Source: a virus | Lineage: Duplodnaviria; Caudoviricetes | Direction: 5' to 3' (one strand) | IMG/VR virus record: IMGVR_UViG_3300017780_001837 | Coordinates: 1 to 30,764 of that record | Length of the DNA stretch: 30,764 bases | In this document: positions 11,234 through 19,645 of the stretch, one piece after another | Numbering within the stretch: the first letter of the stretch is position 1 | Layout of the letters: each line of letters starts with the position of its first letter | The notes under the pieces: model-generated | Database searches by the model: none | Seen by the model: only the letters and a program-made list of their open reading frames with translations | What the model was told of the DNA's origin: nothing | Position numbers and translations under genes: made by a program

Positions 11234-11812
11234 ATGGCAGCAGAAACACCTTTCGGCGCAAGCTTTGGAGATCCTCGTAGGTACATGGGACAGAGTCCTC
11301 TTGCTGAAATTGGCAAGGCTCTAAAAACTGGCGGCATTCTTTATGGTTTGCAAAAGTCTGGAGCTATTGAAGCTTTAGACAAAATGGGAATCAAGTCTGA
11401 TGGTAAGGGTGGGTTTAATCTCCCAACAACACAACCTGCTGGCGCTGTTCCTCCAACTATGCAGCCAATGGGCACTAGGTCTATTGCTCCTCCGCAACTT
11501 GGGGCTGCTCCTCCTGTTGCACCTCCTATGTCTGGGGCTGAAGTAACACCCCTGCCAGACTCTGGACCTTCCAATGTGCAGATCAATACATTTGCTCCAC
11601 CACCACCAGATGCTGGTCGGCAAATCTTGGAGGGAACATTTCAACCTCAGTCTTCTGTTATTGACGTTACCAATGAAACTGACTTCAATCCATTTGTTCC
11701 GGATACAGGGAACCAAGTTGCTTTGACAGGCAATGAGTATCAGCAGACTCCCGGCTTTGGCAGTGGTCAAGATAAAGCTGGCAAACTAATGAAAATTATG
11801 GGGATGGGATAA
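11234..11812 (+). CDS. Probable internal virion/ejection protein (Pro-rich)
   Basis: AAGGA RBS; position within the ejection cluster; low-complexity sequence. Confidence 0.45.
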   Translation: MAAETPFGASFGDPRRYMGQSPLAEIGKALKTGGILYGLQKSGAIEALDKMGIKSDGKGGFNLPTTQPAGAVPPTMQPMGTRSIAPPQLGAAPPVAPPMSGAEVTPLPDSGPSNVQINTFAPPPPDAGRQILEGTFQPQSSVIDVTNETDFNPFVPDTGNQVALTGNEYQQTPGFGSGQDKAGKLMKIMGMG

Positions 11813-11817
11813 ACATC

Positions 11818-13383
11818 ATGCAAGAAACAATGAACCCTCCAGCAGTCACTGCATATCCAAGTGCATTAATTGATGCTGCCCAAATTAAAAATCAAGCCAA
11901 CCAAGACCTTCAAACAAGGAACGTGGATGGCTTGTTAAGCACCGCAACAAAAATGGGCTCAGGTACTGCTGAAGGCCGAGCCATAGTTGACACAGTTAAA
12001 GACATTCAAGACCGTGGCTTTCAATTTAAAACATTGACTGCACCTATTGAGAATGCCAAGACTGACAGTGAGCGTAACCTTGCTGCTGCAAATGCTTTGC
12101 GTAACGTGACTGAGCAGCCTTTGTACGGTCAAGCTTTGGTTGCCTTCATGATGGGCAACAAAGAAGCTGCGTTCAACTTGGCAACAGGTGGTCAGGTCAA
12201 AACTTCTGTAGAGTTTGCAAAAGACAATGGCAACATTATTGAAGTACGAGCCAATGCTCTTGGTCAACCTCAAAGCTACTTTGACCGTGGCTTGGGCAGA
12301 CTGCTAACCCCTGAGGAATATTCTCAGCGTGGTGGTAGTGTTACCGACTTTGATCGAACACTTGCAGGTAAAAACCTTGAGCAAAACCGTGGCAAGTACA
12401 ACCAAGCCTTTAGTGAAGAAAAGGTTGCAAACAGGGCTTTGTTTACAGCGTTTAACGGCATCAATGGCAAGGTTGATACGTTAGATAAGCTTGTGTCAAA
12501 TTTGAAGTTTGGTCTTCCTGGTGATGTGTATGCCAATTTGGTTGGCACTTTGTCTACTGCTCAAGGTCAATCAAGCACTAAGTCTGACTCTTCAACATAT
12601 TTGAACCAAATCCAAGAAAACGCTTCTGCTGGTCGAGGCCAGAAGATTGACACTGCTCTTGCTGCAAAGCTTGGCATTCCCAATAAATACCTTGGGGAAA
12701 CATTTACTATTGATGGCAAATACTTAGTGTCAAAAGACAACTCGGTTCGAGTTAGTACAGATGGCTTGAAGCAACAAACAGACAGTGCAAGTCTTGCTAA
12801 TGAGACATCTAAAAACACTGCTTCAAACCTAGAGAGCGTTTTGACTTCAGAAAGCTTTAAGGCTGCTATTGCTGGCAAATCAAAAGAAGAGCAAGGCAAG
12901 ATTGTTCAGCAGATGAGAGCAGCTCTGACCTTGAGCAACGAGATTGGCTCTGAGATTAACAAGACAATAGACAAGTACGGCAAACCTTCTTTTATCTCTT
13001 TGCCTACATCTGTGACGTTTGCAGATCCTCAATCCCAGTTCATGATTCAACTTGAAACATTGCGTCAGAACAGGGACATGATCAATGCGTATGCTCCATA
13101 CTTTGAAGAGACTGCTGGTGTTTACGACAATGCTAAAACATTGCCTGTGCCTGGAACCATTGGAGCCAACTTTGTAAACAAAGACATCTTTAAAGAGATT
13201 CGTAACAATTACGCTGACAAGATTCAACAAATTGTAAATACAGATTTTTCTAATCGTTCTACAAGACAAACACAACCAACAGCGCAACCAAGAGCTGCTG
13301 GGCCTGTTGCTCCTCCTGAAACAAAAACAAAACCAAAAGCCAGACCTCCTTTGGCTGATCTCAAGAAACAAGCTGGAGGTTAA
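11818..13383 (+). CDS. Probable large internal virion/ejection protein
   Basis: 521 aa, alpha-helical Ala/Gln/Lys-rich, no Cys or Trp; position. Confidence 0.5.
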   Translation: MQETMNPPAVTAYPSALIDAAQIKNQANQDLQTRNVDGLLSTATKMGSGTAEGRAIVDTVKDIQDRGFQFKTLTAPIENAKTDSERNLAAANALRNVTEQPLYGQALVAFMMGNKEAAFNLATGGQVKTSVEFAKDNGNIIEVRANALGQPQSYFDRGLGRLLTPEEYSQRGGSVTDFDRTLAGKNLEQNRGKYNQAFSEEKVANRALFTAFNGINGKVDTLDKLVSNLKFGLPGDVYANLVGTLSTAQGQSSTKSDSSTYLNQIQENASAGRGQKIDTALAAKLGIPNKYLGETFTIDGKYLVSKDNSVRVSTDGLKQQTDSASLANETSKNTASNLESVLTSESFKAAIAGKSKEEQGKIVQQMRAALTLSNEIGSEINKTIDKYGKPSFISLPTSVTFADPQSQFMIQLETLRQNRDMINAYAPYFEETAGVYDNAKTLPVPGTIGANFVNKDIFKEIRNNYADKIQQIVNTDFSNRSTRQTQPTAQPRAAGPVAPPETKTKPKARPPLADLKKQAGG

Positions 13384-14846
13384 TGATGGCTGAATTTAAT
13401 GAAGCTAAATTTCGTTCTGCCGCCAAAGCTGCTGGCTACTCTGATGAAGAGATCAATGCAGAGTTAGGTGTTCCCACTGGTGCTGTTGCTCCTCAAGCGG
13501 TTAGTAGTGGTTCTGAAACTGCTGCTAAATTTCAATCAGAAGCCGACACAAAAAGGGCTGCAATTGTTCAAGGCTATGAAGATAGCATCAAAAAGGACGC
13601 ATCAGAATCCCCAATGACTATGGCGGGTGTTCTGACATCTCCTGCTGCATTGGTAACTGGCTCTGCCATTCTCGGGGCATTGGCTACATATGCTGCTCCT
13701 AGAATTTCTAAAAGCATCAAAGACCGCTACATGACCAAAACTCCTGAGATTGACCGAACCATCGACATTCCAACAGGTGGTTTTTTTGATATTGCACCGG
13801 ATGCAACTTTAAACCCCCTTGGTCAACCTACGGCTGAAACTATCAATAAGGTTCAACGAGCAGAACAACTGGCTGAAGCCAACAGACAACTAGGCATTGG
13901 TGGTAACCAGCCTGTACCACCTACAGCTCCTGTAGCAGCCCCTGTAGCCCCTCCTGAGGCTATTGCAACACCCATCACAGCAGCTCCTGTAGATGCTCCT
14001 GCACCAACACCTACTCCTGGCCCTAACTCTCCTGTGACAAGCATCGTTACTGATACTGTCAAAGAGATGATTCAGGAAGCACCTGTTCAACCTATGGCTC
14101 CACAACCTGTTGCACCTCCTCAAGAGCTGCGTACAGGCACTGGTAAACCTGCCTTTGCTGGCATGGGCCCAGCAGCAGCGCTGAACAAGAAGGGTGAGCC
14201 TAAGTTCAAGACTGAATATCCAGGGATGGAAGCTGTTCCTTCTGGTTATGCTTTTGTTCCAAACGCCCAATACATTGACACTCCCCGTCAAAACATTGGT
14301 CAACCGGAATACACCAAGGCATACACAAACCAGCCTTTTCCATTGACAAACGAGTTGGCTATTCAAGAGTCAAAAGACATCAACAAATTGTTGGGCAGGG
14401 CTACCCGTGCTGAAATGATTGCTGCTGGTTTGCCTCCTGCTGAAACTACCCCCGGCATTACCAAGAAGACTTCTGCTGGTACAAAATCTGTAAGGGTTGC
14501 AGGTACTCTTGGTGCTTTGATGGCTGTTACCGACCTTGCCAAAGCAGACACTCCCGGTCAACGAGGCATGGCAGGTGCTGGATTGCTTGAAGCCGTTCTA
14601 CCCCCAGGCTTTACCATGTCAGGTGCTGGTGAGGGTTCTGACATGCCTCCTAGGGCAGTGGATCCAAGAATGGCAAACATCAACATGACAAATGCCAGCA
14701 TGTTTGCTCCCACTGCAAATGATGTATTTGCTGGTAATCCTTACGCTCAATCGGAGCTTGCCAAGAGGCGTAGACAGGAAGCGGAATATACTCGTAAGGT
14801 TGGTGCTGGTCGTGGCATCGCTCCCCCATCTGCCTATCCGAGGTAA
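13383..14846 (+). CDS. Probable internal virion/ejection protein with Pro/Ala linker
   Basis: N-terminal 'AKAAGYSDEEINAEL' motif seen in ejection proteins; long PAPVA linker; GGAGG RBS. Confidence 0.5.
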   Translation: MMAEFNEAKFRSAAKAAGYSDEEINAELGVPTGAVAPQAVSSGSETAAKFQSEADTKRAAIVQGYEDSIKKDASESPMTMAGVLTSPAALVTGSAILGALATYAAPRISKSIKDRYMTKTPEIDRTIDIPTGGFFDIAPDATLNPLGQPTAETINKVQRAEQLAEANRQLGIGGNQPVPPTAPVAAPVAPPEAIATPITAAPVDAPAPTPTPGPNSPVTSIVTDTVKEMIQEAPVQPMAPQPVAPPQELRTGTGKPAFAGMGPAAALNKKGEPKFKTEYPGMEAVPSGYAFVPNAQYIDTPRQNIGQPEYTKAYTNQPFPLTNELAIQESKDINKLLGRATRAEMIAAGLPPAETTPGITKKTSAGTKSVRVAGTLGALMAVTDLAKADTPGQRGMAGAGLLEAVLPPGFTMSGAGEGSDMPPRAVDPRMANINMTNASMFAPTANDVFAGNPYAQSELAKRRRQEAEYTRKVGAGRGIAPPSAYPR

Positions 14847-14848
14847 TC

Positions 14849-15082
14849 ATGCATCAAGAAGTATCACATGCAGAAATCTATGCTCGTTTAATACTGGTTG
14901 AAGAAAAAGTAGATCGTATTGATGCCAATACTCAAGGCGTAGTAAAAGCTTTTGAGGCTGCTGCTGGTGCTTTTTTGGTACTTGAAATGCTTGGAAAGAT
15001 TGCAAAACCTGTACTGTTTATTGGTGGGTTGTTTGGAATTGCTGCTGTCTGGTGGCAAACAATTAAAGACCATTTGAAATGA
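14849..15082 (+). CDS. Small membrane protein (holin/antiholin-like)
   Basis: Short coiled coil followed by a hydrophobic C-terminal segment; first gene of the lysis cassette. Confidence 0.5.
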   Translation: MHQEVSHAEIYARLILVEEKVDRIDANTQGVVKAFEAAAGAFLVLEMLGKIAKPVLFIGGLFGIAAVWWQTIKDHLK

Positions 15083-15171
15083 AAGATTGGGCCATTGCAT
15101 TTATTGCAGCGGCCTTTCTTGTTGGGCTTGTGATTTGGAGTATTTACATTTTTTTGTGGGCTTTGCAATGA
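15079..15171 (+). CDS. 30-aa single-TM peptide (MKDWAIAFIAAAFLVGLVIWSIYIFLWALQ), absent from the ORF track
   Basis: ATGA overlaps with both the upstream stop and the downstream start; almost entirely hydrophobic. Confidence 0.6.
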   Translation: MKDWAIAFIAAAFLVGLVIWSIYIFLWALQ

Positions 15172-15608
15172 CCGGATCAGAAACAGCGGCAGCGGGTGGA
15201 TGGCTAGTTGGAAAACTTGCTCCAGCAATCGGTGGATTGTTTGGCGGCTTGTCGCTTGCTATGTTTTGGACACCAGAAAAGTTGCGTGAAAAAGGTAAGG
15301 TAGCAAGTGTGTTCATTGCTGGTGGCATATCTGCAATGGCAGGTTTTGCTTTTACTGGAATGACTGCTTCTTACCTTGGAATTACTGGTGACAAGATAGA
15401 TGTAATTATTGGCTTGGCTTGGTTGCTTGGTTTGTGTAGCGTTGCTGTTATGAACTGGATCGCAAACTTTATGTCTAAGCGAGAACACATGGACATTGCG
15501 GAAGTGGCTGTAGAAATTAACCAGACTCGACAACGCATTCAGGGTGGCGCTCCAAAGCAAAGCAATGCCCCTCGAAAGCGCCTGACCGCAAGGAGTAAAC
15601 GAGCATGA
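15168..15608 (+). CDS. Holin-like membrane protein (about 3 TMs, basic C-terminal tail)
   Basis: Start moved to the ATG at 15168 (ATGA overlap); three hydrophobic segments; Arg/Lys-rich C-terminus. Confidence 0.55.
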   Translation: MTGSETAAAGGWLVGKLAPAIGGLFGGLSLAMFWTPEKLREKGKVASVFIAGGISAMAGFAFTGMTASYLGITGDKIDVIIGLAWLLGLCSVAVMNWIANFMSKREHMDIAEVAVEINQTRQRIQGGAPKQSNAPRKRLTARSKRA

Positions 15609-15889
15609 ATGTAGCTGGCTGGTTGCTTGCTGTTCTGGTGCTTGAATTAATTGCCATTGTGCTAGTTGCTTACCTGTCGTTTTCTGGCTTTTTTGACGGT
15701 ATGCGGATCGTTGCAAAGATTGGCATCTGGATGATGACCACCGGGCTAATGGTGCAGATCATGCGCTCCCTGCACTACTTTGAGTTTGGCGCATACCCAG
15801 TGGACACCATTTTTCCGCTGTGGGTCACAAAAGACATTGGCGCATCACTAATTGTCTTTGATTTGTTTTTACTTTCAAAAAAGAGGTAA
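15605..15889 (+). CDS. Membrane protein (about 3 TMs) in the lysis cassette
   Basis: Three hydrophobic segments; AAGGAG RBS; ATGA overlap. Confidence 0.55.
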   Translation: MNVAGWLLAVLVLELIAIVLVAYLSFSGFFDGMRIVAKIGIWMMTTGLMVQIMRSLHYFEFGAYPVDTIFPLWVTKDIGASLIVFDLFLLSKKR

Positions 15890-15892
15890 TTT

Positions 15893-16318
15893 ATGTTTCC
15901 ACTCGCAGCACTATTAGATGTCGGCGGCAAGCTAATTGACAAACTCATTCCTGATCCAGAAGCGAAAGCCAAAGCACAACTTGATCTAGCAAAGATGGCT
16001 CAAGACGGTGAGTTGGCTCGAATGGCTAACGAGACTGAGCTTTACAAGGCAGAGCAAAACAACCTCACAGACCGCCTCAAAGCAGATATGGGGTCTGACT
16101 CTTGGTTGTCCAAAAACATTCGCCCTATGACCCTCCTGATGATCCTGGGAGGGTATTTCACCTTTGCCATGATGTCAGCATTTGATTACGACACCAATCA
16201 GTCTTACGTCCAGTTGCTGGGCCAATGGGGCATGCTGGTCATGTCCTTTTACTTTGGGGGAAGGACCCTTGAAAAGATCATGGACATGAAGGCAAACAAA
16301 GACAGGGACCCAAAGTGA
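15893..16318 (+). CDS. Holin, GTA 3TM-holin-like family
   Basis: 'GKLIDKLIPDPEAKAKAQL.L', 'DSWLSKNIRP', 'FYFGGRTLEK' motifs; directly upstream of the endolysin. Confidence 0.8.
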   Translation: MFPLAALLDVGGKLIDKLIPDPEAKAKAQLDLAKMAQDGELARMANETELYKAEQNNLTDRLKADMGSDSWLSKNIRPMTLLMILGGYFTFAMMSAFDYDTNQSYVQLLGQWGMLVMSFYFGGRTLEKIMDMKANKDRDPK

Positions 16319-16911
16319 TTACTGCTGAACAACTTAAAGAGTTGCACATTGATGACGATTGGCTAGAGCCTTTGAACGAGGCTATGCTGCGCTATGAGAT
16401 CAACACACCACTGCGTATAGCTGCGTTCATTGGTCAGTGCGCTCATGAGTCAGGTAACTTTAAAACGCTGCAAGAAAACCTCAATTACTCAGCGGAAGCC
16501 TTGTGCCGTGTTTGGCCTAGTAGATTCCAAAATCTTGAGGTAGCAAAACCGTATCACCGCAATCCCGACAAGATCGCAAACAAGGTATACGGAGGTCGTA
16601 TGGGGAATGGAACCGAAGAGACTGAGGAAGGTAGTCTGTATAAAGGCCGTGGCCTCATCCAGTTGACCGGGAAGGACAATTACACTCTCTGTGGTGATGC
16701 CTTGCAAGAGGACTTCATTCATTCGCCTGACCTTTTGTTGTCTCCAAAATATGCCACTTTGAGCGCTGCATGGTTTTGGAATAAGCGTGGCCTAAACAAA
16801 GAGGCCGATGCTAAAGACTACACCGCCATGACCAAGAAGATCAATGGGGGTGTAATCGGGTTACAGGACCGTATCAAGCACATTAATCATGCGCTAGAGG
16901 TCTTGTCCTGA
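16315..16911 (+). CDS. Endolysin, glycoside hydrolase family 19
   Basis: 'RIAAFIGQCAHESG', 'ENLNYS', 'YKGRGLIQLTGKDNY', 'SAAWFW' and 'TKKINGG..GL.DR' motifs. Confidence 0.92.
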   Translation: MITAEQLKELHIDDDWLEPLNEAMLRYEINTPLRIAAFIGQCAHESGNFKTLQENLNYSAEALCRVWPSRFQNLEVAKPYHRNPDKIANKVYGGRMGNGTEETEEGSLYKGRGLIQLTGKDNYTLCGDALQEDFIHSPDLLLSPKYATLSAAWFWNKRGLNKEADAKDYTAMTKKINGGVIGLQDRIKHINHALEVLS

Positions 16912-17183
16912 TATTGCAACTCAAGCAGCAGTTCTAGGTAATGGATTGCTTTCTTGATGTCAGCAGCTCCATTTTTTTCCTTGTGACGGGTAACGTATTT
17001 CACTACGTTGCCTTCACAAAACCCTAGATTGTTTGCATAAATGTAGACAATAGGCTGGATGCCTTTGTTTTTGTAGTAACTGCCTGATACCTGTTTATCA
17101 AGTACAGATGTAGGCTCACACACAATTGGTGTGCAGCCATGTATTTCGCAAATATCTGGTGATGGGCAAGTATCGCAAAGCAT
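16887..17183 (-). CDS. DUF3310 / SaV-like protein (T7 gp1.7 nucleotide-kinase-related) with Cys-rich N-terminus
   Basis: 'QVSGSYYK...IQP.....NNLGFCEGNVVKYVTRHKEKNG..DIKKAIHYLELL'; AAGGAG RBS upstream of 17183; overlaps the endolysin 3' end convergently by 25 bp. Confidence 0.8.
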   Translation of the reverse strand: MLCDTCPSPDICEIHGCTPIVCEPTSVLDKQVSGSYYKNKGIQPIVYIYANNLGFCEGNVVKYVTRHKEKNGAADIKKAIHYLELLLELQYQDKTSSA

Positions 17184-17194
17184 CACAACTCCTT

Positions 17195-17413
17195 TTATTT
17201 GGCAAGCAACCAAACACGCAACCCACCTTCTTCTTTGCGGGTACTGATTACCTTATTAGGGTAAACCTTCTTAGAGTTGTTGATCTGTGCTCTGATGTAA
17301 CTAATCTTTTTAGGATCAGCACAAGGGATCAAGAAAGAATCACCCGCCTCCATTTGCTCAAATGGGTAAGCTTTTCTTGAGGACAGGGGGACATTTTTTT
17401 CAATTGTGAACAT
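17195..17413 (-). CDS. Small phage protein, probably nucleic-acid binding
   Basis: 'IEKNVP....YPF..M..GDSF.IP....R....GLRVW' pattern common in phage early/recombination arms; basic. Confidence 0.55.
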   Translation of the reverse strand: MFTIEKNVPLSSRKAYPFEQMEAGDSFLIPCADPKKISYIRAQINNSKKVYPNKVISTRKEEGGLRVWLLAK

Positions 17414-17430
17414 GATTTTCTTTCGTAAAG

Positions 17431-17508
17431 GGGGCCTACTCGCTGCGTCTGGTGTCTCTCTGTAGTCTCAGGCACGTTCCCCAATAACCAGCATCCGCTT
17501 TCGGCCCC
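17431..17508 (-). ncRNA. Candidate structured RNA: long hairpin with a loop-E/sarcin-ricin-like GAAA/GAGUA internal loop
   Basis: On the minus strand: GGGGCC-GAAA-GC-GGAUG-CUGGU ... ACCAG-ACGCA-GC-GAGUA-GGCCCC. It fills an intergenic gap in an otherwise tightly packed operon. Confidence 0.5.
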
Positions 17509-17512
17509 AAAA

Positions 17513-17674
17513 TTAATGAGTCCCGCCAATTTCCATTGGGGGTTGTGTTTGTTCCTGTTCTTTAAACTGCTCAACTAACTTTTGGTGCAATGGGTAAGCG
17601 CCTGTTTCTGTGGGCAGTTGTCCGATAACACGAACAATAAAAGCGGCTTCGTTTGGGTCAAGATCAAAAGTCAT
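17513..17674 (-). CDS. Hypothetical protein (53 aa)
   Basis: ATG at 17674 with GAGGA RBS; in operon with the SSB-like gene. Confidence 0.55.
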   Translation of the reverse strand: MTFDLDPNEAAFIVRVIGQLPTETGAYPLHQKLVEQFKEQEQTQPPMEIGGTH

Positions 17675-17682
17675 GTTGTTCC

Positions 17683-17934
17683 TCAAAAAGGGCAATCTTG
17701 GTCAAAGTCATCAGCTTTGGGCTTACGAGTAGGCTCAGAACTTTGACGGGGGGCTTCTTCTTTTGGCCGAACAGTCAAAGAAAAAAACTTTCCAGTTGCA
17801 CTTTCTTTAATCCAACCACTTAGCCAATAATCAACTCCATTGACATTTAAGGAACCAGAATATTCTGGCTGTGTCTCTTTTGTCTTTTTATTGTTTTTAC
17901 CAAGGGTTCCTCGGTTTGTGTTGTCGTATTCCAT
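17683..17934 (-). CDS. Single-stranded DNA-binding protein (small, DUF736-like)
   Basis: 'P.YSG.LNV.G..YW.SGW......F.SL.V' core plus acidic aromatic tail 'DDFDQDCPF'; adjacent to ERF. Confidence 0.7.
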   Translation of the reverse strand: MEYDNTNRGTLGKNNKKTKETQPEYSGSLNVNGVDYWLSGWIKESATGKFFSLTVRPKEEAPRQSSEPTRKPKADDFDQDCPF

Positions 17935-17937
17935 GTA

Positions 17938-18552
17938 TTACCCTTTCGCTTTTTTAAGTGCTGAACGCACAGTGGATGACATTTGGTTAGCCAACCAGAC
18001 ACGCTGATCAGCTTCCAACGCCTGTTCATCAATCATTGCAAGGGCTGCTTCTGCCTTCCCCTGGTTGACCAATTCTTCTACGCTCCTTGCTAAATCACGC
18101 AAGAATTCTTTGATGTCTTCAGGAAGATCTTCACCAATGCCACCACGAGGGGTTACAACAGGTGCTGTACCCTTGATCCCAGTAGTTGCATCCAAGGCAT
18201 CGTGTTCAACGATTTCAAGCGCTGCAACCCACAAATACCTGCGAAGGTAGGTCTGTACTGCCCCAAGGTTTTGGACCTCATGACAGCCCTTTAAAGCTGC
18301 ACTAGACATAGGCGATTCGATAACAATCATTTCTTCTGGCTTGTCAACATTGATGATTCGCATATCTGCTGTTTCTTTGCCAAAACTTACAATCCCTGCC
18401 AAACCATGAATGTTAAAGATTTGCAGTGCGGGGATAAGAAAGTCACCCAGTTCAAAATAGTAGTAATTGGCAAACTTGTTGTGGCCTGTTTTCTTGAGCT
18501 TGGAGCCATGAAAAGCTTCACGGGCAAGGTTTAGACGTTGATAGACATTCAT
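17938..18552 (-). CDS. erf: ERF-family single-strand annealing recombinase
   Basis: 'K.G.NKF.NY.YFELGD' and ERF motif 'QNLGAVQTYLRRY'. Start moved to the ATG at 18552 (MNVYQ). Confidence 0.85.
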   Translation of the reverse strand: MNVYQRLNLAREAFHGSKLKKTGHNKFANYYYFELGDFLIPALQIFNIHGLAGIVSFGKETADMRIINVDKPEEMIVIESPMSSAALKGCHEVQNLGAVQTYLRRYLWVAALEIVEHDALDATTGIKGTAPVVTPRGGIGEDLPEDIKEFLRDLARSVEELVNQGKAEAALAMIDEQALEADQRVWLANQMSSTVRSALKKAKG

Positions 18553-18556
18553 TGCA

Positions 18557-18745
18557 TTACTTTCCAAATGTTGCATCGTATTCATCTTGAATGATGTCAC
18601 GCTGGGTGTCTTCATCAAAGTCTTCAAAGTTGATGAAGTGGTTTTCCTCGCAGCATGAGCGCTTGTCATTGCGGGGTGTCATACAGTAAGGGCAGTACTC
18701 AACGCCCCTAAGGTCTTCTTTTGCTTGTTCGAGAAATTCTTTCAT
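18557..18745 (-). CDS. Small Cys-rich (Zn-binding) hypothetical protein
   Basis: 'YCPYC....CCEENHF' followed by an acidic C-terminus; ATGA coupling to the upstream ORF. Confidence 0.6.
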   Translation of the reverse strand: MKEFLEQAKEDLRGVEYCPYCMTPRNDKRSCCEENHFINFEDFDEDTQRDIIQDEYDATFGK

Positions 18746-18894
18746 AATTTACCTACAGGAGTTGCCAAAAGCCATTTGTTGCCAAGGAATCTGAGGGACC
18801 GTACCCACTGGTGGCAGTTGTGACGTTGTGTGTGTGTTGGCACACCTTCTACACAGTACAGTCGTCTGACTGTTTTCAATGCTTGAACATTCAT
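18742..18894 (-). CDS. 50-aa protein (MNVQALKTVRRLY...HQWVRSLRFLGNKWLLA...), first gene of the leftward arm; absent from the ORF track
   Basis: Strong AAAAGGAG RBS; ATGA overlap with the next gene. Confidence 0.65.
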   Translation of the reverse strand: MNVQALKTVRRLYCVEGVPTHTQRHNCHQWVRSLRFLGNKWLLATPVGKL

Positions 18895-18924
18895 TTGTAT
18901 CTCCTTTTTGTTAAGCAGAGTGTG

Positions 18925-18998
18925 AATGTATCAGGCTTTTTATATGTTTTACATAGGGGTTTTCCCCTAGTGTTCTTTTCTTTCTTTTGTTGTAGGCT
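18925..18998. promoter_or_regulatory. Divergent promoter pair sharing the palindrome TAGGGG-TTTT-CCCCTA (18954-18969)
   Basis: Leftward extended -10 TG-A-TACATT (hexamer 18925-18930) and rightward -10-like TAGGCT (18993-18998) each lie 23 bp from the palindrome. Confidence 0.55.
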
Positions 18999-19004
18999 CA
19001 CCCT

Positions 19005-19196
19005 ATGAGCCACCAAACACACGAATTCGTTTTAGCTTACGAGCTAATCGTCCAAGCTACTGATCAGCTGGAGCCCTTGCTGCACCCAGATGATTTGGAG
19101 GCTAGTATTGTTGCCGTCCTGGCAACAGCACTAGAGATCGCTAGTAAACGTCAACTCAAGGAGATGCATGAAATCTACCAAACCAACGCCATTTGA
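19005..19196 (+). CDS. Hypothetical protein, possibly translated from a leaderless mRNA
   Basis: No SD sequence; the ATG is 6 nt after the -10-like TAGGCT. Confidence 0.5.
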   Translation: MSHQTHEFVLAYELIVQATDQLEPLLHPDDLEASIVAVLATALEIASKRQLKEMHEIYQTNAI

Positions 19197-19320
19197 TTGG
19201 CAAACAAAAACCCCGTCCTTGTTTACGGCAACAGAGAAGGCAACCATGAACTTCTTTGCTGTAACCAAGAGCACTGAGCGCAAGCAGCTAAAAATTTACT
19301 CAAAGGCAGGTGCAAAATGA
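19168..19320 (+). CDS. 50-aa hypothetical protein (MKSTKPTPFDWQ...), absent from the track
   Basis: AAGGAG RBS; ATGA overlap downstream. Confidence 0.55.
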   Translation: MKSTKPTPFDWQTKTPSLFTATEKATMNFFAVTKSTERKQLKIYSKAGAK

Positions 19321-19493
19321 TCTTTAACGCATTGGCAGAATTTCCCAAAGCTGGTTTGACACCAGACGAGAATGGTGAGTACCATATGGGCTTATCAGAA
19401 ATGGCACGGTTCAGCGCTTTTCAGGAACAGCGTGACCGTGAGTTTGAAAACCGTCTTGACCGTTGGTTGAGCAATGACAGGGACATGCTATGA
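19317..19493 (+). CDS. 58-aa hypothetical protein (MIFNALAEFPK...), absent from the track
   Basis: ATGA overlaps at both ends. Confidence 0.55.
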   Translation: MIFNALAEFPKAGLTPDENGEYHMGLSEMARFSAFQEQRDREFENRLDRWLSNDRDML

Positions 19494-19645
19494 AACAAGG
19501 ACTGTACGCCAACATTCACGCCAAGCGTGAGCGTATTGAAGCTGGATCTAAAGAGAAGATGCGTAAGCCTGGGAGCAAAGGTTCGCCATCTGCTGCTGAC
19601 TTCAAAGATAGTGCAAAAACTGCTAAGAAGCCTAAAAAGAAATGA
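19490..19645 (+). CDS. 51-aa basic phage protein (MKQGLYANIHAKRERI...), absent from the track
   Basis: 'GLYANIHAKR.RI..GS.EKMRKPG.KG.P....F..SAKTAK' is a recurrent small basic phage protein; ATGA coupling. Confidence 0.7.
   Translation: MKQGLYANIHAKRERIEAGSKEKMRKPGSKGSPSAADFKDSAKTAKKPKKK

Noticed and set aside
17255-17271. Fifth copy of the 16-bp palindrome (TTAGGGTAAACCTTCT)
   Set aside because: Lies inside a CDS with a degenerate right arm; not counted.
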